Source: Tubulanus polymorphus (taxonomy: Eukaryota; Animalia; Nemertea). From it: 64,000 bases of DNA. The position numbers and the translations under genes were made by a program. The stretch is taken from the NCBI RefSeq assembly GCF_964204645.1, contig NC_134030.1:9389222-9453221 (forward strand), in the 5' to 3' direction. Below, in pieces: positions 49,467-64,000 of the stretch. Each line of letters begins with the position of its first letter. Positions within the stretch are counted from its first letter, which is position 1. The notes beneath the pieces were generated by a model. It was not told the origin of the DNA. It saw nothing but the letters and a program-made list of their open reading frames with translations, and made no database searches.

Positions 49467-52400
49467 TCTCGGCTTATTTAAGTCTAGATTTTAATGTGAT
49501 GGATCGACAAGTCTCACGTGGCAATTAACAGCAAGGGTACTGTCAAGATTGGATCCATCTGGGTTGTTTTTTTTCCCTACTTTTCGTTGGTTTATTTATT
49601 TATTTATACGGTATTTGTACAAATTTGTTTCTTTTTGTCTGCAATTTCGCAATTTAAAACAATCTATCAGAACGCAGAATGGCATTTTAGATTGAATTTT
49701 TTTTCACTTTTTATGATGTTCCGTCATGAAAAATTCATGTTCACTTTTTAAGGCGTATTCAATTCTAGAAATTCAAATGGCATTAATTAGCAAACAGTTC
49801 GATTATGAAAATCATGAATTATTTTCATCTTCAAATAGGCGCAGCAATTTTCTCAAGCTTATGCCGTAGTCGAAACAGAAATTTTGAAATGTCTTAGCAA
49901 TCGATTATTGCGCAAGGAAGGGGCAGTTTCGACGGTTGTGAGTGAAAGTTAGTTCGTTTCCAATTACTTAAGCGAAATTTTTACTCGCAACTGTGGAACT
50001 GGATGCTGATGGTCGAACAGGATCATCGTGTATGCAGATGGATTCATATACGATCCTAGTGCTGCAAAAAAGGCTGACGCTGCTTTGAAAAATGCGGCCC
50101 AGCGAATATTATATCAGTAATCATTACTAACGACGACATCTATAATTCCATTAAGCAAGTAATTGAAATTGATTAATTCATATGATATCGATTATATTAT
50201 GAATGATTTCACGATGTATGCTTGTATAATTGGAGTATCTTACGGTAACCATTTTAAAGATATTTCGATATTTGCGTAGTACATGACCACAGAGACTTTT
50301 GCGTAATGAAATGAATAGTGGACCTTAAAATACTTTCAGTGCTGACAAATTAAAATCCGAACATGCAGGTGATAATTTGAAAATTCCACTGATAATATCA
50401 ATACACCATGATCAATGCGGTGTACTAGTGAATCCATCGCCGATTCATACACCGCATTGCGCTGTAGATGCACCGAAAGGGTTAAATGAGCTGTTATTAC
50501 AGTAGACTCTGGTCGAGTCTGATCTTTTCAGGTGGTGAAAATTTGTCTGACTATACCGATATTCGAGTTGGATGGTGTATAATTCGTATAGGTTCAGAAA
50601 AATATTTCAACGAACTCCTGAGTTAAACAGTTGTTCAGATCTGACTTGACGGAAGCCAACTTCATTTCTGATTTATACAATGTTCTTTGAAATATACGAA
50701 GGCTCAATCTTATAGACAAAGTGCTAATTACGTTTAACCCTGGGGGGCTCTAGTTTCGCGAAGCTAATCAGGATTAATTTGAGTTAGCGACGAATTAAAA
50801 CTCTTGGAACAAACGAAAATAGAATTTCAACTGACTGCGGTGATGACCGTTCAAAGATCATCCCATGAGTTAAACCTTAGTACAGTCAAACTTGCTTAAG
50901 TCCTCATTGTATCACATTATGTCAGTTCATTTTTTGAATTCAAATTTGCATTTTGCAATCCAATTAATTGCTACGCGAGTCGTCAACGCAATGATGACTT
51001 AAGTGGGTTTTACCGTAAACTAACTAGGCCCAGTTCTTTGTGATAATATGAACAGGAAATATTTCGGAATATTTTAGTTTGAATGTTGTAGAATGTTATT
51101 CGTCTCTTTTTTGCGTTCGCGCAGATCATCGTAACAGCTTTTCGTGAGATGCGATGTGTGGTTGAGTTTATTGATTCGAATTAATCTTATTTGCCGTCTC
51201 TTCTGATGTATCATATATCCGAGCCATACATATTGTATCACAACACCCTGGTTTTCTGTAACACAAGTCCAAGCCTAAATCTCACTTAAGGATTTTGAAC
51301 CTTTCAAAAAATGTCCATCGATCGATACAGTAAAACCTGCTTTTAATCGAGATCATTAGCGACCCTTTTTAGTTAATCTGGTTCAGGATGATTTTAAAAA
51401 CATACTTGACATACAATTGTATTTAGGGCGACTATTGATTATATCGGGATTAGATCAAATTGCATGATCGGATTAAGATCGATCATAGGATTTAGAACTT
51501 GTTCTATACTTACGCTCGGTTTGCGATCAATCCGTCGCAGTTGTTAGCGCACTCGTCTCCTGTCGAATGGGTTTCTGAATATTGCAGATCAGGTTAAGGC
51601 AAAAAGAATGATACCTTGTTTCTCCCAATCGACGGGCTGATTTGTGAACTGCGATGAAATTTGTAATCAGTTCATTTCTTTAGCTGCCGGGTCTTCTAAG
51701 TTAGTTTGATCATTATATGAGAAAATGTTATGTACAGGGTAGGTTTTATGCCCAGCAGAAATGAGAAACAATGTATCAATTGTTTTTTAGCCTAATACAG
51801 TCTCAAAGCCATCCGTTACACAGCCAAAATTTAGACTGTCCCTCTGGCTAGCATTATAACGTTCTGTATGTAGATGTCTATGAAATCGGGCCAGAGTTTA
51901 CTGTATCGATCAGGATTTAATCATCATGGTCGCTTGTGCCTCGAAATGCCTTCTTACTATTTGTTGAACCTGTCTTATCTTACAGCCGCCCACATTTTCG
52001 TTTTTTGTTTTCATGGTTACGGCGTACGTGCAAAACTTGCATACAATGTGATATACTGTATGTTAATATTGATGTGATAGCTTCGAAGGATAATAATGTA
52101 CTATGAAACCCATGACGCCGCCTTGTAGGCCGAATTTGATGTACTGCAGGTGCGGATCCAGCATGTGCTCCAGTCGCAATTATTCCGTTTAAAAAGACGC
52201 CGATTTTCTACCCGTTAATTAATCGTAGAGTAGCAGCTGATAATCTCGTAAGTGTCACTCGATAATTCAATTCAATAAACTCTTCATTGTACTAATATAC
52301 CTTTCCGGGTAGAGACACGTGTGCCTGTGAAATGCATCAAAATGCACTGAAATTCACAATTTTCCAGACCCCCGTTTTGGCATTGCTTTCGCTTTACGTA

Positions 52401-55400
52401 GATACTTGCCCCTTTTTTCAGTATATTTGCCATTTCATTTCTTTGTGCTCCTGTCAACGTCTGCCCCTGGATCCGCCCCTGGACTGAGAGAACTTCGTGG
52501 GAAATAATTTGTTAGTGGCCGTTTTGGATAGTGAAATTGGTAGTGAGAATCGTTCAAAGGACAACACAATTTCGTCGACACATGATTCCCACATGAGAAA
52601 TCTTTTTGTTATCGGGAGCTCCTTAGTGTTGGATCAGCTTGGGATGCTATTCTGCTTAGTACAAAGAACCATCCATTTTATTTGATATTGTGTGGTAGGT
52701 CGGCGATTTCATTATCCAATACAGCAAAAACCTGCGAATTCGATGAAAGTATCCAGTGGCATTCCTAATTTGTGTATAAACAGCAAAGTTGATATTTACT
52801 CGACATCTACTGGGAAAGATTTACTCTGGAAATTGTGATTTTAACTTCCCAGCAAATGTGGTAACAACAGAAATGAAATGATATCGTTACAAGAATTTTT
52901 TTGGAATTTCGTAGCTAAAATGCACATCTTATTGTAGGTATGATAGTTCTTTTCTAAAACATTCCATTGCTGTCAGATGTTTATTCTTAACACGTTTCAA
53001 GGCATCCACTACATTTTGCCTTACTATAAGTGTTAATTGTTGAATTACGCTTTGCCCGAGCCTGCTAATCTTCTGCTAATCTTGATAGGCTGAAATTAGC
53101 TGAGTTACTTATCAGCCTGGTCCGGGCTGGTACACCTTCAAAATCCCAAAGCCCGAATTGCCTCTAATACGTCAACTCGAAACTAATTTTTCAGCAGGAT
53201 TTGTTGCGGCGTTTACGACAATATCGTGTCGAATATAAACCTCAGGGTCCGCTTCCAGAGTTTGGACTGAAATATAAAGAACTCGCTGGAATCTTGAACA
53301 AGACCTGTCATAATTAGTTGAATGATTTTTTCATCGGACCAACATGAGCGAGCTCTATCGATTAGTCCTTACTCTTTTGGTTTTGCACAACAACATTGGG
53401 ATAGGAACGGCATACATGATATATATATAGTTCAAATATTGTACATAGATGTAAATACGTAATGATTATTATATTATGATTAAATGAAGAAAAGATTCTA
53501 TTTTTAAACTGGTGATTCGTGTATATTGAGAGCGTTAACGTGCATGTTGGTTATCGATCGGAAATTATGTCATTTACGCTGATTCCATAATGTATCGATA
53601 AAGAATAAAAAATAAGGCCTTACGAAATTCCAAATGCGAAATCAGTGAAAAGCGTCAACAAATTTGACGTTTGTTTAAGAAATGTCTAAGAGTACGTCAT
53701 TAGACTGAGTTCCGGTTCGAATTGGTACGACGTTTTGCATTTTTCCCCTTGAAAATGATCTGCTCTTTTATCTCTATATACCTACCTGGAAAATTCAGGT
53801 AGGACAATGACTTTTTTCCTGTTTTTTTTTTAGAATTTTTCGGCCCAAGGCCACTTTTCTCGGCTTTTTGTTCTATTTCATTTTTTTTCTTATGTTCTGG
53901 AAGACTGTGTTATGTTGATTTTTGTTCGAAAATGGTAATTTGTGAATTGAAATAAACGACGCCTTTACTATAGGGAAAAACACACGAAGAAATACTAATA
54001 GGGCTCATGTAAACTGCTGGGTTAGTCTCTCTTGGTCGGGATTCGAACCTCGTGGCATCGTTACTGTAGTAGACGCGGTAGTTTACATCATGTGCTATAT
54101 ATATATAGACATATCTATATACCAGTTCTGTTCATATATTATTATTAGGTGTTATTCACTGATCATAATGTGTTATTCCAGAAATAAAATCGATTTTGTA
54201 CTTGTATTACAAAAAATGCTGTTTCTTCATTGTTGAATCCGAGAACGGCTTCTCTTCCCCTCGTCCCCGCCAAAGCTTGGTTCCCAAGGTAGAAGATCCA
54301 CCACTGAATCATTAGCCCCGATCGTTCGTGGCGAGCATCAGTCAGATAATCGGATAATGGTGCCTGTACAGCTGAGAAGTGTAACTCCCAAGTGTAACTC
54401 ATAACGGAGCTATCTTCGATAGTTCTACGGGTGCAGTAAGATGAAGCTCGAAGTTAGCAGAACCGGACTCGTGACCGCGTATCAGGATCCAGTTCTACAA
54501 TTCTGTGTTAAAGTTAACTCTGACCAAAATCAGTTCATTTTCAAATCTTAACTCACAACTGTGTAACTGGGTCCTGGTAATTCAAATTATACGGCCCGCG
54601 TGACCAGTGACCACAGCAGGTCAGCCAATCATCGAACTCGATACTCATTTGAAAATAGAAACTTGGTGGCAGCACCATACGGTCACCTAGCGGAATTCCT
54701 GTGAACGTACTAGAGAATTCGAGTAACGATGTAGGCCACGCAAGAAGTATGCGTGTTTCTCATTAGTTTCATTTTCCTCGCGCGTCAAAAAAAGGTGAGC
54801 AATGTTTCGGCAAAAGACTATAAGCCATTATTAGGACTGATTGTTAGTGTGATGCGGTTGGAGTGCTTTAGGTCGACTGTGTCGAATCGCAGGTGACCTG
54901 ATTTGATATGATGATATTATCTCAACATTTGCATTGATAACGGCCTGGAAGCAACAAAACCGCCTAGTGAGCTTGAAGAAAATGTAACGGAAAAGACATG
55001 AAACTATGTGCCTGGCTTATAACTAATTAGTTTGTCAATCGCTTTTCGGTTGAGCGTGGTTTGTTGAAATATCCGGTCCCGAAAACTAAACCACGGACAG
55101 GTTTCTGAGTACATCAGGCTCTGTTGATGCTAGAGATGTCTCACAGTCGTTTGTATGTACTGCAACTCGCAGGCAGCGCTGTACTATCTGTAAACTGAAT
55201 TGAAAAACGTAGAAGTGACCTCGACTTGGCCTCTTGATTTGGGTCCTCCTTGTGCCCCGATACCCGAACATTTTTCAGTAAACATTTCCAAATCAAATTC
55301 GACCCATCTCAAAAACCATGTCAATGTGAAAATATATCCAAAATTAATATTGATTCGTCACAAAGGTCACAAAATAAACTAAAAAAAATATGAATGCGTG

Positions 55401-55819
55401 GTTTGCCCTACTGCCTGATGTACGCTTGTATTCCCCAAATATCCAGCATCAAAAGAGTTTTAACGCATATTATCTTTGCACGCGCGATTACTAAGTCAAG
55501 AATACTGGTTATTTGGGAAATATTCTGCTTATTTTTAAGTACTTTTGCTTTATTTATGTCTAAGGCCTGTATAGCTAATTTTTTCCAAACGTTGGGCCCT
55601 GGAACCTTCGTTAATTTTTTTTTTGAGTTGTGTTGAAAATGTAGAATGTTTAAGTAGCGATTGTGGGTTTTAATGGTTGAAGAACAGATTGCGTAGAGCA
55701 AAGTGATTTTTCAATACTCTTGGGCTACTATGGTCATCGTTAGCGAATTTTTTTTTAGGAATACGTACACAAAAATGCATAAAAATGCTTTGAAAGTTCT
55801 AATTTTCGAGTAGTCGATA

Positions 55820-56255
55820 TAGAAGTCGTCCCGAATCAAGCAGGCAGAAATCCCCAGCGCCATCACCTCATGCGCAAGGCCAGCTGAGATGGGTAGATCC
55901 CTCGCGTATCACATGACCCGAAACAGCTCCCTTACGCTAAATCGGAGAGTAGACTATATGAAATTCTTTAATAATAACAGTCTGGAGGTCTCAAAGACTT
56001 CACCAACGATATAGGTCCCCTGGAGAAACTCGCTGCCGATCGCGCGCACCTATCGGCGAAGCGTCGTCACCGAAGGAGCACAGAGCGCGCTGGGCAGACA
56101 GATGCGAAAGGCCAGAATCACCAGCACGGAGCCAACACACTTCTATACACGTAGGAGAGCCTTCCTCATCCGGATAGGCCCCACCAGTCACAGCAGTACA
56201 ACATCCAATTGATGCCATGGTCATCTTTGACCCAAGAAGACGAACGACAACAATC
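55820..56255 (+). mobile_element. Degenerate 3' fragment of a second RTE-clade LINE
   Basis: Across frameshifts it reads AEIPSAIT..QLRWV, LEKLAADR..RSVVTEGA and KARIT..RAFLIRIGPTSH (resembles the RTE C-terminal RIGLxSH motif), followed by a short 3' UTR ending in ACGACAACAA. Confidence 0.7.
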
Positions 56256-57073
56256 TATTTTTTCTTGAAAAGGACACAACATATATTTATTTATCTTATT
56301 ATGCAGCAAATATAAGACCACAACGACAGGTTAACTAACGGAATACATGTAATTCATTTTGGATCCGGAGTAAAAACTAATGCAATATTTAATTGGTATG
56401 TACATATGACATCAATGGTAGGTGGCCTGAAATGCCTCGTATTTCAGTCAATCACAGGTATTATATCTTCACATAAAAAAACCACTTCTATATTTCATAC
56501 TTCCACCCCAAGTAGTTTACCATAAACAAAAAACCGTCACAATTATATATCATAGATTCGACGTCGGCACTTAACCAGAGACAGCGAGGAGAGGTCTTCG
56601 CCGTCTGACCCGCGCATACCTCGGTGGTAAGAAACAATTACAGGCATTATATTTCTATCGCGCTTGTTACGTTAGTTATAAAGTTTGTTCTGGAAATATA
56701 AAAACTATAAGTTTTTTTTCAAAAAGAAACCAACTTAAACTTTTTAAAAAAGTTCTCTCCGCCCACGGACAAATCTTAAATGCAATACAAAATCGAACAC
56801 AGGACCAAATTATTCTTGTCGCTATTGTTAGAATAATCCCGCTGCAGCTATTCAAATAAGGACAATAATCGGTAGGGACCTATACGTAATCTGGCATCGC
56901 CGAATAGGATTTCTAACATAAGTTTGGAATAAATCATTTGTACATCAAAACGAGTAAAGACACTTCGCACTTCGATTCATTAGTAGGCCTGCTGCACATT
57001 AGCATGGCAGTATCAACTAGATTATATGTAGCCTAGTACATTTAGTAAATACGTCCATGTAATTAGTCACTAT

Positions 57074-57380
57074 AGCCGCGATCACATGAGCTAAATATTG
57101 CCCGTGTCAAATTTAGCCTGGAACAACTATTCAAACGAGTGCCAAATGGGCCAGTGCCTGTTTGGTCCGACCAAAAACGTTGGATCAGGCCCGAGCAAAA
57201 TTTCAGCACGGTTAAATGACTGCATGAATTGCAACTGGTTCTGGAAGTGCTTTGTTTAAGCAATATTTAGTTTTGAATTAGTGGTTTGCGCGCTCTCTAA
57301 TTAGGCACGGGCCAAATTTGACTCGGGTCTTATCCGTGTCAATTTGGCTCGGGCCAAATTGTCTCCGTGTAACCGCGGCT
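57074..57380. mobile_element. MITE with subterminal repeats just downstream of the SLCO stop codon
   Basis: TIR AGCCGCG(A/G)T(C/T)ACA; repeated CCGTGTCAAATT / CGGGCCAAATT motifs in inverted orientation. Confidence 0.72.
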
Positions 57381-57455
57381 TTTATATGTACATGTATGCA
57401 GGTATTTCCATTTGACTATCCTCCACGAAATTATGCAATCTAATCCCTCAAATCA

Positions 57456-60400
57456 TTAAGATGCAGCGGTCATAACCTTCATGGCGGTTGCACTTCCGCC
57501 GTTCGGTTCAACGAATGTTGTTTCCGTTGGCGTTCTATCGATCTCGCCGTTCATGTTGTAGGTGGTGGCTTCGTCTGGTGGCTTGTACATCAGCAACGCT
57601 ACCAGGCCGAAGAAAAGCGCCACAATCCCCACACCGATACCTAAACCGTACATGCTTATACTCATTAGATAACTGTCGTAGATCATACACGAACCCTTTT
57701 CGTCGCATTTGTCCTGCCATAACAAACAAGAACTGTCCATGACGACACCGAACAATATTGGTCCAGGTATCGATCCTGCGGAAGGAGAAGAAAGACGTTT
57801 TTTTTTCATTGTAAGACAAGACATTCAACAAATCGGGTTTCCTTTCCGAGCCGTACCTTACCTAGAAATCGTATCAATATCCACTGAACTCCCAACGCAT
57901 ACGTTCTAGTTTTTCCTGGAACAACTCTGTACAAGGAAAATACGAAAATGGAAGAAACCGATGGATTATTTAAGAGTAAAATCCCACAATTAATCAATTG
58001 ATAGCTAAAAGATTTCTTTGAAATATAAGAAACATTTCAGGTGGTTGCTACCACCCTTCTTCTCTAAAATGGAGTATGGCACCCGAAATATTTATAATAT
58101 TTTAGATAAACTTAAGATAACTATCAATTCATTTATTGTGGGGTTTTACTCATCGTTTTATCACGGATATTGAAGTTTCTTCGTCGGGTGATAAAGGCTG
58201 GATACTAAGAAATTATTTTTGAAAAAATGGAATGGCATGTATACCTGAGACTGACGCTGATACCAGGCGTCAAGGGCAGCAGGGTGAAGAATACAACCAT
58301 TACGAGAAATACCAGAAACACCGGTAACATATAGCAGTATGTCTCGCAAACACCAGTTTTCGCTTGTGATACGGAACTGTTGGCTACGACATCCGGGTCG
58401 GCTTCTATACACGCGCAATCGCTATAAAACTAGTAAAAAGTAACATCCATTTTAGGAATCATGAACTTATGTTTCAAAATTAAGTTAATTCGTAACACAT
58501 TTTTTAGTTAATCCTGTGACATTCATAATTCATCAGGAAGAAATTTTAAACACTTTGAACAAATATATAATTCTGAAAAAAAAGATTGGACTTTCCATTC
58601 TCTGTGATGCTACACGTACATAATTTCCTTCATCGATTTTTTTGATATGTTTACATCCGGCGTGACAAGCGGTGAAATACTGAACACCGTCTACACCACA
58701 AATTGGTTGGTTACTTGTCACCAAACAGTTACAATCATCGTTGCACCGATCGGTCAAATTCACGTGGCTCAATTGAGGTCTTTGAAAGAGAAATGCATTA
58801 AGGTAGAATGGGGCAATGAGCCTATATAACTGCAATATAGAAAATTCAAATTTAATTCCGCTGCAGAGATAATTGGAAAACGATAGAATGCCACCGGCAA
58901 ATTTATGGTTGTTAAACGTAAAAAGAGGTAATGAGATAAAGCCTATAAACTGTAAATTAAAATTCAATTCTGCTGCGGAGAATTGGAAAACGATTAAATA
59001 CCATCGGCAAATCTATGGTCGTTATGATATGCAATTTTTGAAAATTGATTAAGAAGAATTACGAACACGTTTGCGCCTGTGTAAGGATGGTTTATGCCAG
59101 CGATTTTGGGGGCATCGCATCGCGCAAAGAAGACGGCGCTAGCTAGGACAGCGACTGTTATGCTGAGCGCGCATAATCTCAGCATTCCTCGCACTTTCAG
59201 TTCTAATTTCTTGCTGATCACACCGCCCAAAAGCAGAGCGCCGGCAGCACCCGGCACCACTACAGCACCTTGAAAAAATAAACAACCACTACATAATTAT
59301 ACAGAATTGATTTCGTAGTACACCGAGCCCGATACTAGCTGTACTTGATTGATTTGATTATATTTGATTTGTCGTTGACGAGTTACCAGTAACTATTGCC
59401 GAGAACGAAGCGGTCTGAGAAAACTGATTTTCCACGTACTTCGCCAGAAAGTTGCCGAAACCCTGTACGACGAGCTGCGAGCAACACGCCGCCAACGACA
59501 GCGATATGAACGTCGGGTTCTTCAGTAGAATCCACGTCACCCTCGGCAGGTCTCGGACTTGTTCGCCGAAGTTCGATTGTCTGAATAGGTCCTCCGATCC
59601 ATCGTTGTGGGCCTGTGACTGACGATATTTCCTGACTAGTCTAGCACCTGAAAGAAATAATGATAATGACGGAATACGTACATTTTCAAATTATGCCTTT
59701 TCTAGAGTATCCTTGGATGGAGGAAATGAGGCACTGATAAACATGTATATACAAGAATGCCTGGATATTCGAAGTTTTGAGAAAAACGAATCGCTCGATA
59801 CGGTGCATACCTTTGGTTTCTTTTCCGAAGCAGAAAAATAGTGCACTGCAAATCAACGCACAGAACGAACTGATGAGATAAGCGATCCACCAAGCTCCAA
59901 TCCAACGTGGGTCTTCAGAACTATAGAGAATTGTGCTGAAATTAAACACCATAATCAATTGGAACTGGCCAAATAATGCGGTATCTTCCTCGATAGTTCA
60001 ATAATAATACATGTACATGTATAGCAGTAGATCCCTCCGAGGATATGGGCTCAAAGTTTCCTTGGCGTTAAGTGCGAAGAATGATATTTTTACCAATATA
60101 TATTTTTCCTTACGTTTCGGGCAGAATCGTTCCACCATCGTAATAGAGTTTATTTGTTTGTTTGAAAATGACAGTTATAGTTAGAACTGTAAATCTTAAA
60201 GCGTCGTAAGGAAAGAAAAAACGATAACAGTTGCGAAACCGTACCTGTTGATTGTATCTACGTCCACGTACAATTTGAGCAGCATTCCACCAGCTACGAA
60301 ACCTATAGCGGGCCCCAGTGCCGTTGTCGATTGGAATATACCTGAAATTTAACATTTTAGATCAATTTTCTTTTCCATGCACCGACAATAATTCATCGTA

Positions 60401-61795
60401 CATATATATTCTCTTTGCATTTTTGGAACGCTGTTAGTTATATATGAAGTCCCATTCAGCTAAGCGTTAATGATCCTTTATGCGACCTTTTTTCATTCGG
60501 ATTGGCAGCTGTTAGGGTATTACGGAAATGAACAATTCGAATTTGATTCGCTCAGCCAGCAATATAGAAAGGAAGATAGGCCTACACGTTTTCCACTCAG
60601 ACATACCGACATATAGCGGCGAGTTGTGGGTGTGGACGTTTTCGTCAAGGTAAACAGTTCCGATGATGAAAAGGGTGGTGCCGCCCAGACCGTGCATTAG
60701 CTGACCCAGAATGAACACATATAAACAGTTCTGTAAATGCCACAATTCGTTGGTAGCACCCTCTAGACAGATAGTCGTGTTACCTAATAAAAAAAGTGTT
60801 AACAAATCATTAATGATATGAAAATAGGAATTAACAAATTAATAATTGATGATTCTGAGGATGCTTCAAAATATTATTCTTTTGACATTTTACGAACGAC
60901 TATTTCCCAGAGAATCTTGCTGGCATGCTGAGTCGTGTCCGAATGATAATCTCAGGTAAATATCAGTATTAGAAAGATAAAGACGCACCCATACAGACAT
61001 CCGATACAACAAGCGTCGACTCGTAGGTCGGCGTGATGAAGTGAGGTAGACTCATGATGAACGAACCCATCGATACGGCAAGGCACGAGAAACCCAGCCA
61101 CCGTGGCATGTTACAGGATCGGCCGAAATAGGAAAGCGGTAGGACTGCTATACCGCTGGCAATGTCGTACGAACTAGCGATTAGTCCGGCCTGAGTACTC
61201 GATAGATGAAAGCGCTTCTCGATTGTTGCAGTATTCACTCCTACTATACCCATTGCGACAAACCCTGGAAGTACAATCAGTATATACTAGTACGTAGGGC
61301 CTCCCCCAATGTCTGATAATTCCAATTACCGGAAACCCTTTAAAATGGCAATTCTCGCTGGAAGTAGAATCTCGTTCTAAAAGAGGTTTCAGCTAAAATT
61401 GTGCGAATATACGAATAGGGTGTTCGAGGGTTTTCGCGCACTTTTTTCAAGGAATCCTTTATCCGCAATTTTAGGCCACTTCATCACACTACATGCAACC
61501 ATACCTATAATAGAAACTGGGACTCCCACTAGGCTATATCGCGTTTTATAGCACGGAGAGGCCTAATTTATGTATGACAACGTACAAACGGAAAAAATCA
61601 TACAAATTATTTTAACAACAACGATATAGGCTTACCTTGTATAAGGCCAAATAGCGACACCATTGCCAATATGGTTTTTGAATTATTCCATCCTTGAATG
61701 AAGGCTGGTTTACATTTTCCATAACCACAGGCAACGGCCTCAGCTTCTTCGTCCGTGAGGTCATCATCTTGGTCCTTTTCCTGTTGATAAGACAT
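57456..61795 (-). CDS. Organic anion transporting polypeptide (OATP/SLCO family, SLCO4-like)
   Basis: Eleven coding exons: 61795-61636, 61264-60989, 60783-60607, 60341-60245, 59935-59811, 59647-59387, 59268-~59067, 58779-58620, 58429-58245, 57926-57862, 57775-57456. Motifs TIEKRFHLSS..GLIASSYDI, YLDENV..HNSPLY, DPRWIGAWW, Kazal-like CNDDCNC..QPICGVDGVQYFTACHAGC, and GSIPGPILFGVVMDSSCLLWQDKCDEKGSCMIYD. Confidence 0.95.
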
Positions 61796-62201
61796 TTCTG
61801 GATTCCGGAATATTGTTCACGCTTTTGCGTTACGTATGTCGGCCTACCTGGCTTGAAATATACAGCAGCCTGTATATAGAAAAACCATGTTAATATATAC
61901 ATGTTAAAACTAACTAGTTTATTGACATTATTCAAAAATCCCTTCTTTTAATAGGTGTATATAATACCGTTACTGTATGGTTTGTCACCATTTCAATAAC
62001 TATATTTCTGCCACAGTGAATATTCAAACAGTAGGCTGCCTAAAAGCTTATACCGCTAACAGGTTTCATAGATTATTGGGCTTTCCAACTATAAGGGCAC
62101 ATTTTTAAGAAAGGTTTATGAAAATGTATAAATGATTATATAATGATTGAAAATACGAAGGTCGTCAATAGCGCAAGGAATGACCATTAAATATCGTTGT
62201 G

Positions 62202-62243
62202 TCTACGAGCAATCATCTCAACTTTGAGATGATTGCTCGTAGA
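62202..62243. repeat. Perfect inverted repeat, 20-bp arms and 2-nt spacer
   Basis: TCTACGAGCAATCATCTCAA-CT-TTGAGATGATTGCTCGTAGA. Confidence 0.95.
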
Positions 62244-64000
62244 TGTTGTGAAGCGGTGGGTATCAGGGTACCGGTAACTGATATCAATTCCCCCTTCTAT
62301 ATAATGTCGATGATAAATCTGCTGCGCATGCCAGTCGCATTGTTTTTATGCTAAAATTTGATATATACGTATGACAATGAATGAATTTTGGACTCACTTT
62401 GACTCGTTTTGATTCACAGGAAACCGTTTACACATGCAGCATATACATTCTGCACCACGGACACATAATCTATATGTCAGGCCTCACAAATCATTCATAT
62501 CAGGCAATGAGTTCAATCAAATCCGACTGGGTTTTTTGAACGATGAGCACGATTTTGAACGGTATTTATAATCTATAATGAAATAGAGGCGTCGTCTCAT
62601 ATCCCTACACTGTGTACATAGATCCATCATCCACAGTCTGTATGGTATGCTGAACTGATACTGGAATGGTTGCTTCCATATTCCACCGTGCAATCATGGA
62701 TCTATTATGTACGTCTATGCTGCAATAGTACAGAAAACACTCGACGCTTTTTTCACTCGGTTCTCGTGTAGCCAGTTGCAACAGATGTGGTTATCCGATG
62801 CCGTTGACAACTTGAAGGTGTTCGACCTGAAATGGCCTCGTGACGTTCCTAGTAAATATCGCGTCCTCAGATGTTCTATCACGATATTCGTCGCACACCA
62901 GCCTCTCTAATATAACAACCATGAGTCATCAACTAGAAATCGTCTGCGAATACGAGATTTTGTGCAAGTCGACGTGTCTCTCAATGGACCCCTAACCCAT
63001 GAATGGCCCAATTGAATAAAGAATCCAATTCAAAGTATCCATTCAGAGTTATTCACAAAATTAAGCTGCATCAATGATGGTAATGGCGGATGACATCGCA
63101 TGATGCCTTTGATGGGCGTTTCTTGGTTACAAAGATACCGTTGTTGGTGAAAATCTGTTGCAATAACAAAGGTTGAGAAGTTTCATTCTGTCCATTACTT
63201 GTCCAAAATATTTACGCGGCACCTTGAGATATGTAATTGTGTTTAACGATCTGGCGCGTGTCTAACATTCGTTTCTTATACCGTCTGGGTGGAAGATCGT
63301 ACGATGGAGACTGCAAACCGAACCCTTTGGGTTAAACTCGCCTCATAACGTTTATTGTTTCATATACTTAATTATATCTATGTGACATAATATATACGAA
63401 AATGATTCTGTAATTTGTTAGTACAATGTGTAATATATGTTTCGGGTGCTATTTATTTAGCGCGGCCAATTTGTCGGTAATTCTATGATTTATTGCAGCT
63501 AGACAAAAAAACGTAGACTGGAGTCTCACATGAGTTCTCACAAACTTCGAAGCAAGATGTGGAGACAATATTTGTGCGGTCTCCTTGCGTTAGCGGCTGC
63601 GTTGAATACGATACAAAGCGCTGAAGGTAGGCATCAATTAGATTTCAGGCTAATCCGATGATCATGAAATTTATTGCATGTATATTTCAAACAGCAGAAA
63701 GCACTTAGATACCGATTTATTTCAATATCCTGGTTGAAAAATTGACGGAACAATAGCGCCGGATGAATCGGCAGAGCATGGACGTAATAAACTTACATAC
63801 ATACTTTGAGGTATACCGAGGTACCTTGTTTTTTGAAACTATATACATATCTCTAGGAGGTGATTATTGTATATACATGTAGCATCTTGGTTGTCTCCTC
63901 AGGTGCTACAGTATATTAATGTTGATTTGATTCCAATCGATTCTTATTAAAATGAATAGTGTTTTTACGTAGAATCATGTTTCATTCTCGCGATTTGTCA

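Noticed and set aside
54660-54700. CTCF-like motif pair between the convergent SORL1 and SLCO genes
   Set aside because: Only partial matches; cannot be told from chance without a matrix scan.
5186-62910. Many 60-200 aa ORFs in the supplied track
   Set aside because: They are antisense or alternate-frame shadows of real exons, or run through repeats, and have no domain signal.
62700-63830. Possible minus-strand exons of a further gene
   Set aside because: Short GC-richer open stretches with some splice-like sites, but no consistent phase chain or recognisable domain.

Overview
AT-rich, intron-containing animal DNA; the gene and repeat content suggests a marine invertebrate (inference). Four host genes are supported: a Mox/Meox homeobox gene (minus strand, last exon outside the window), a calcyphosin-like EF-hand gene, a ~44-kb SORL1/SorLA gene (VPS10 domain, YWTD/EGF, 10 LDLa repeats, FN3 repeats, TM helix, FANSHY tail) and an SLCO/OATP transporter (minus strand). 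One SORL1 intron holds a three-level nest: a 20-bp minisatellite, split by a 5'-truncated RTE-like LINE, itself split by a full-length DIRS1-like tyrosine-recombinase retrotransposon with ITRs, ICR and a 27-nt right extension. Main observations: (1) the DIRS target site is an exact inverted copy of the element's own right-end sequence, forming a 10-6-10 recombinase-like palindrome; (2) SORL1 has two intact homologous alternatives for one VPS10 exon, plus a probable third copy broken by a MITE; (3) a Helitron/Helentron-type repeat carries four CTCF-like motifs at an exact 154-bp period; (4) eight copies of a composite MITE family all lie in one orientation. All coordinates were read by eye and may be off by a few bases.
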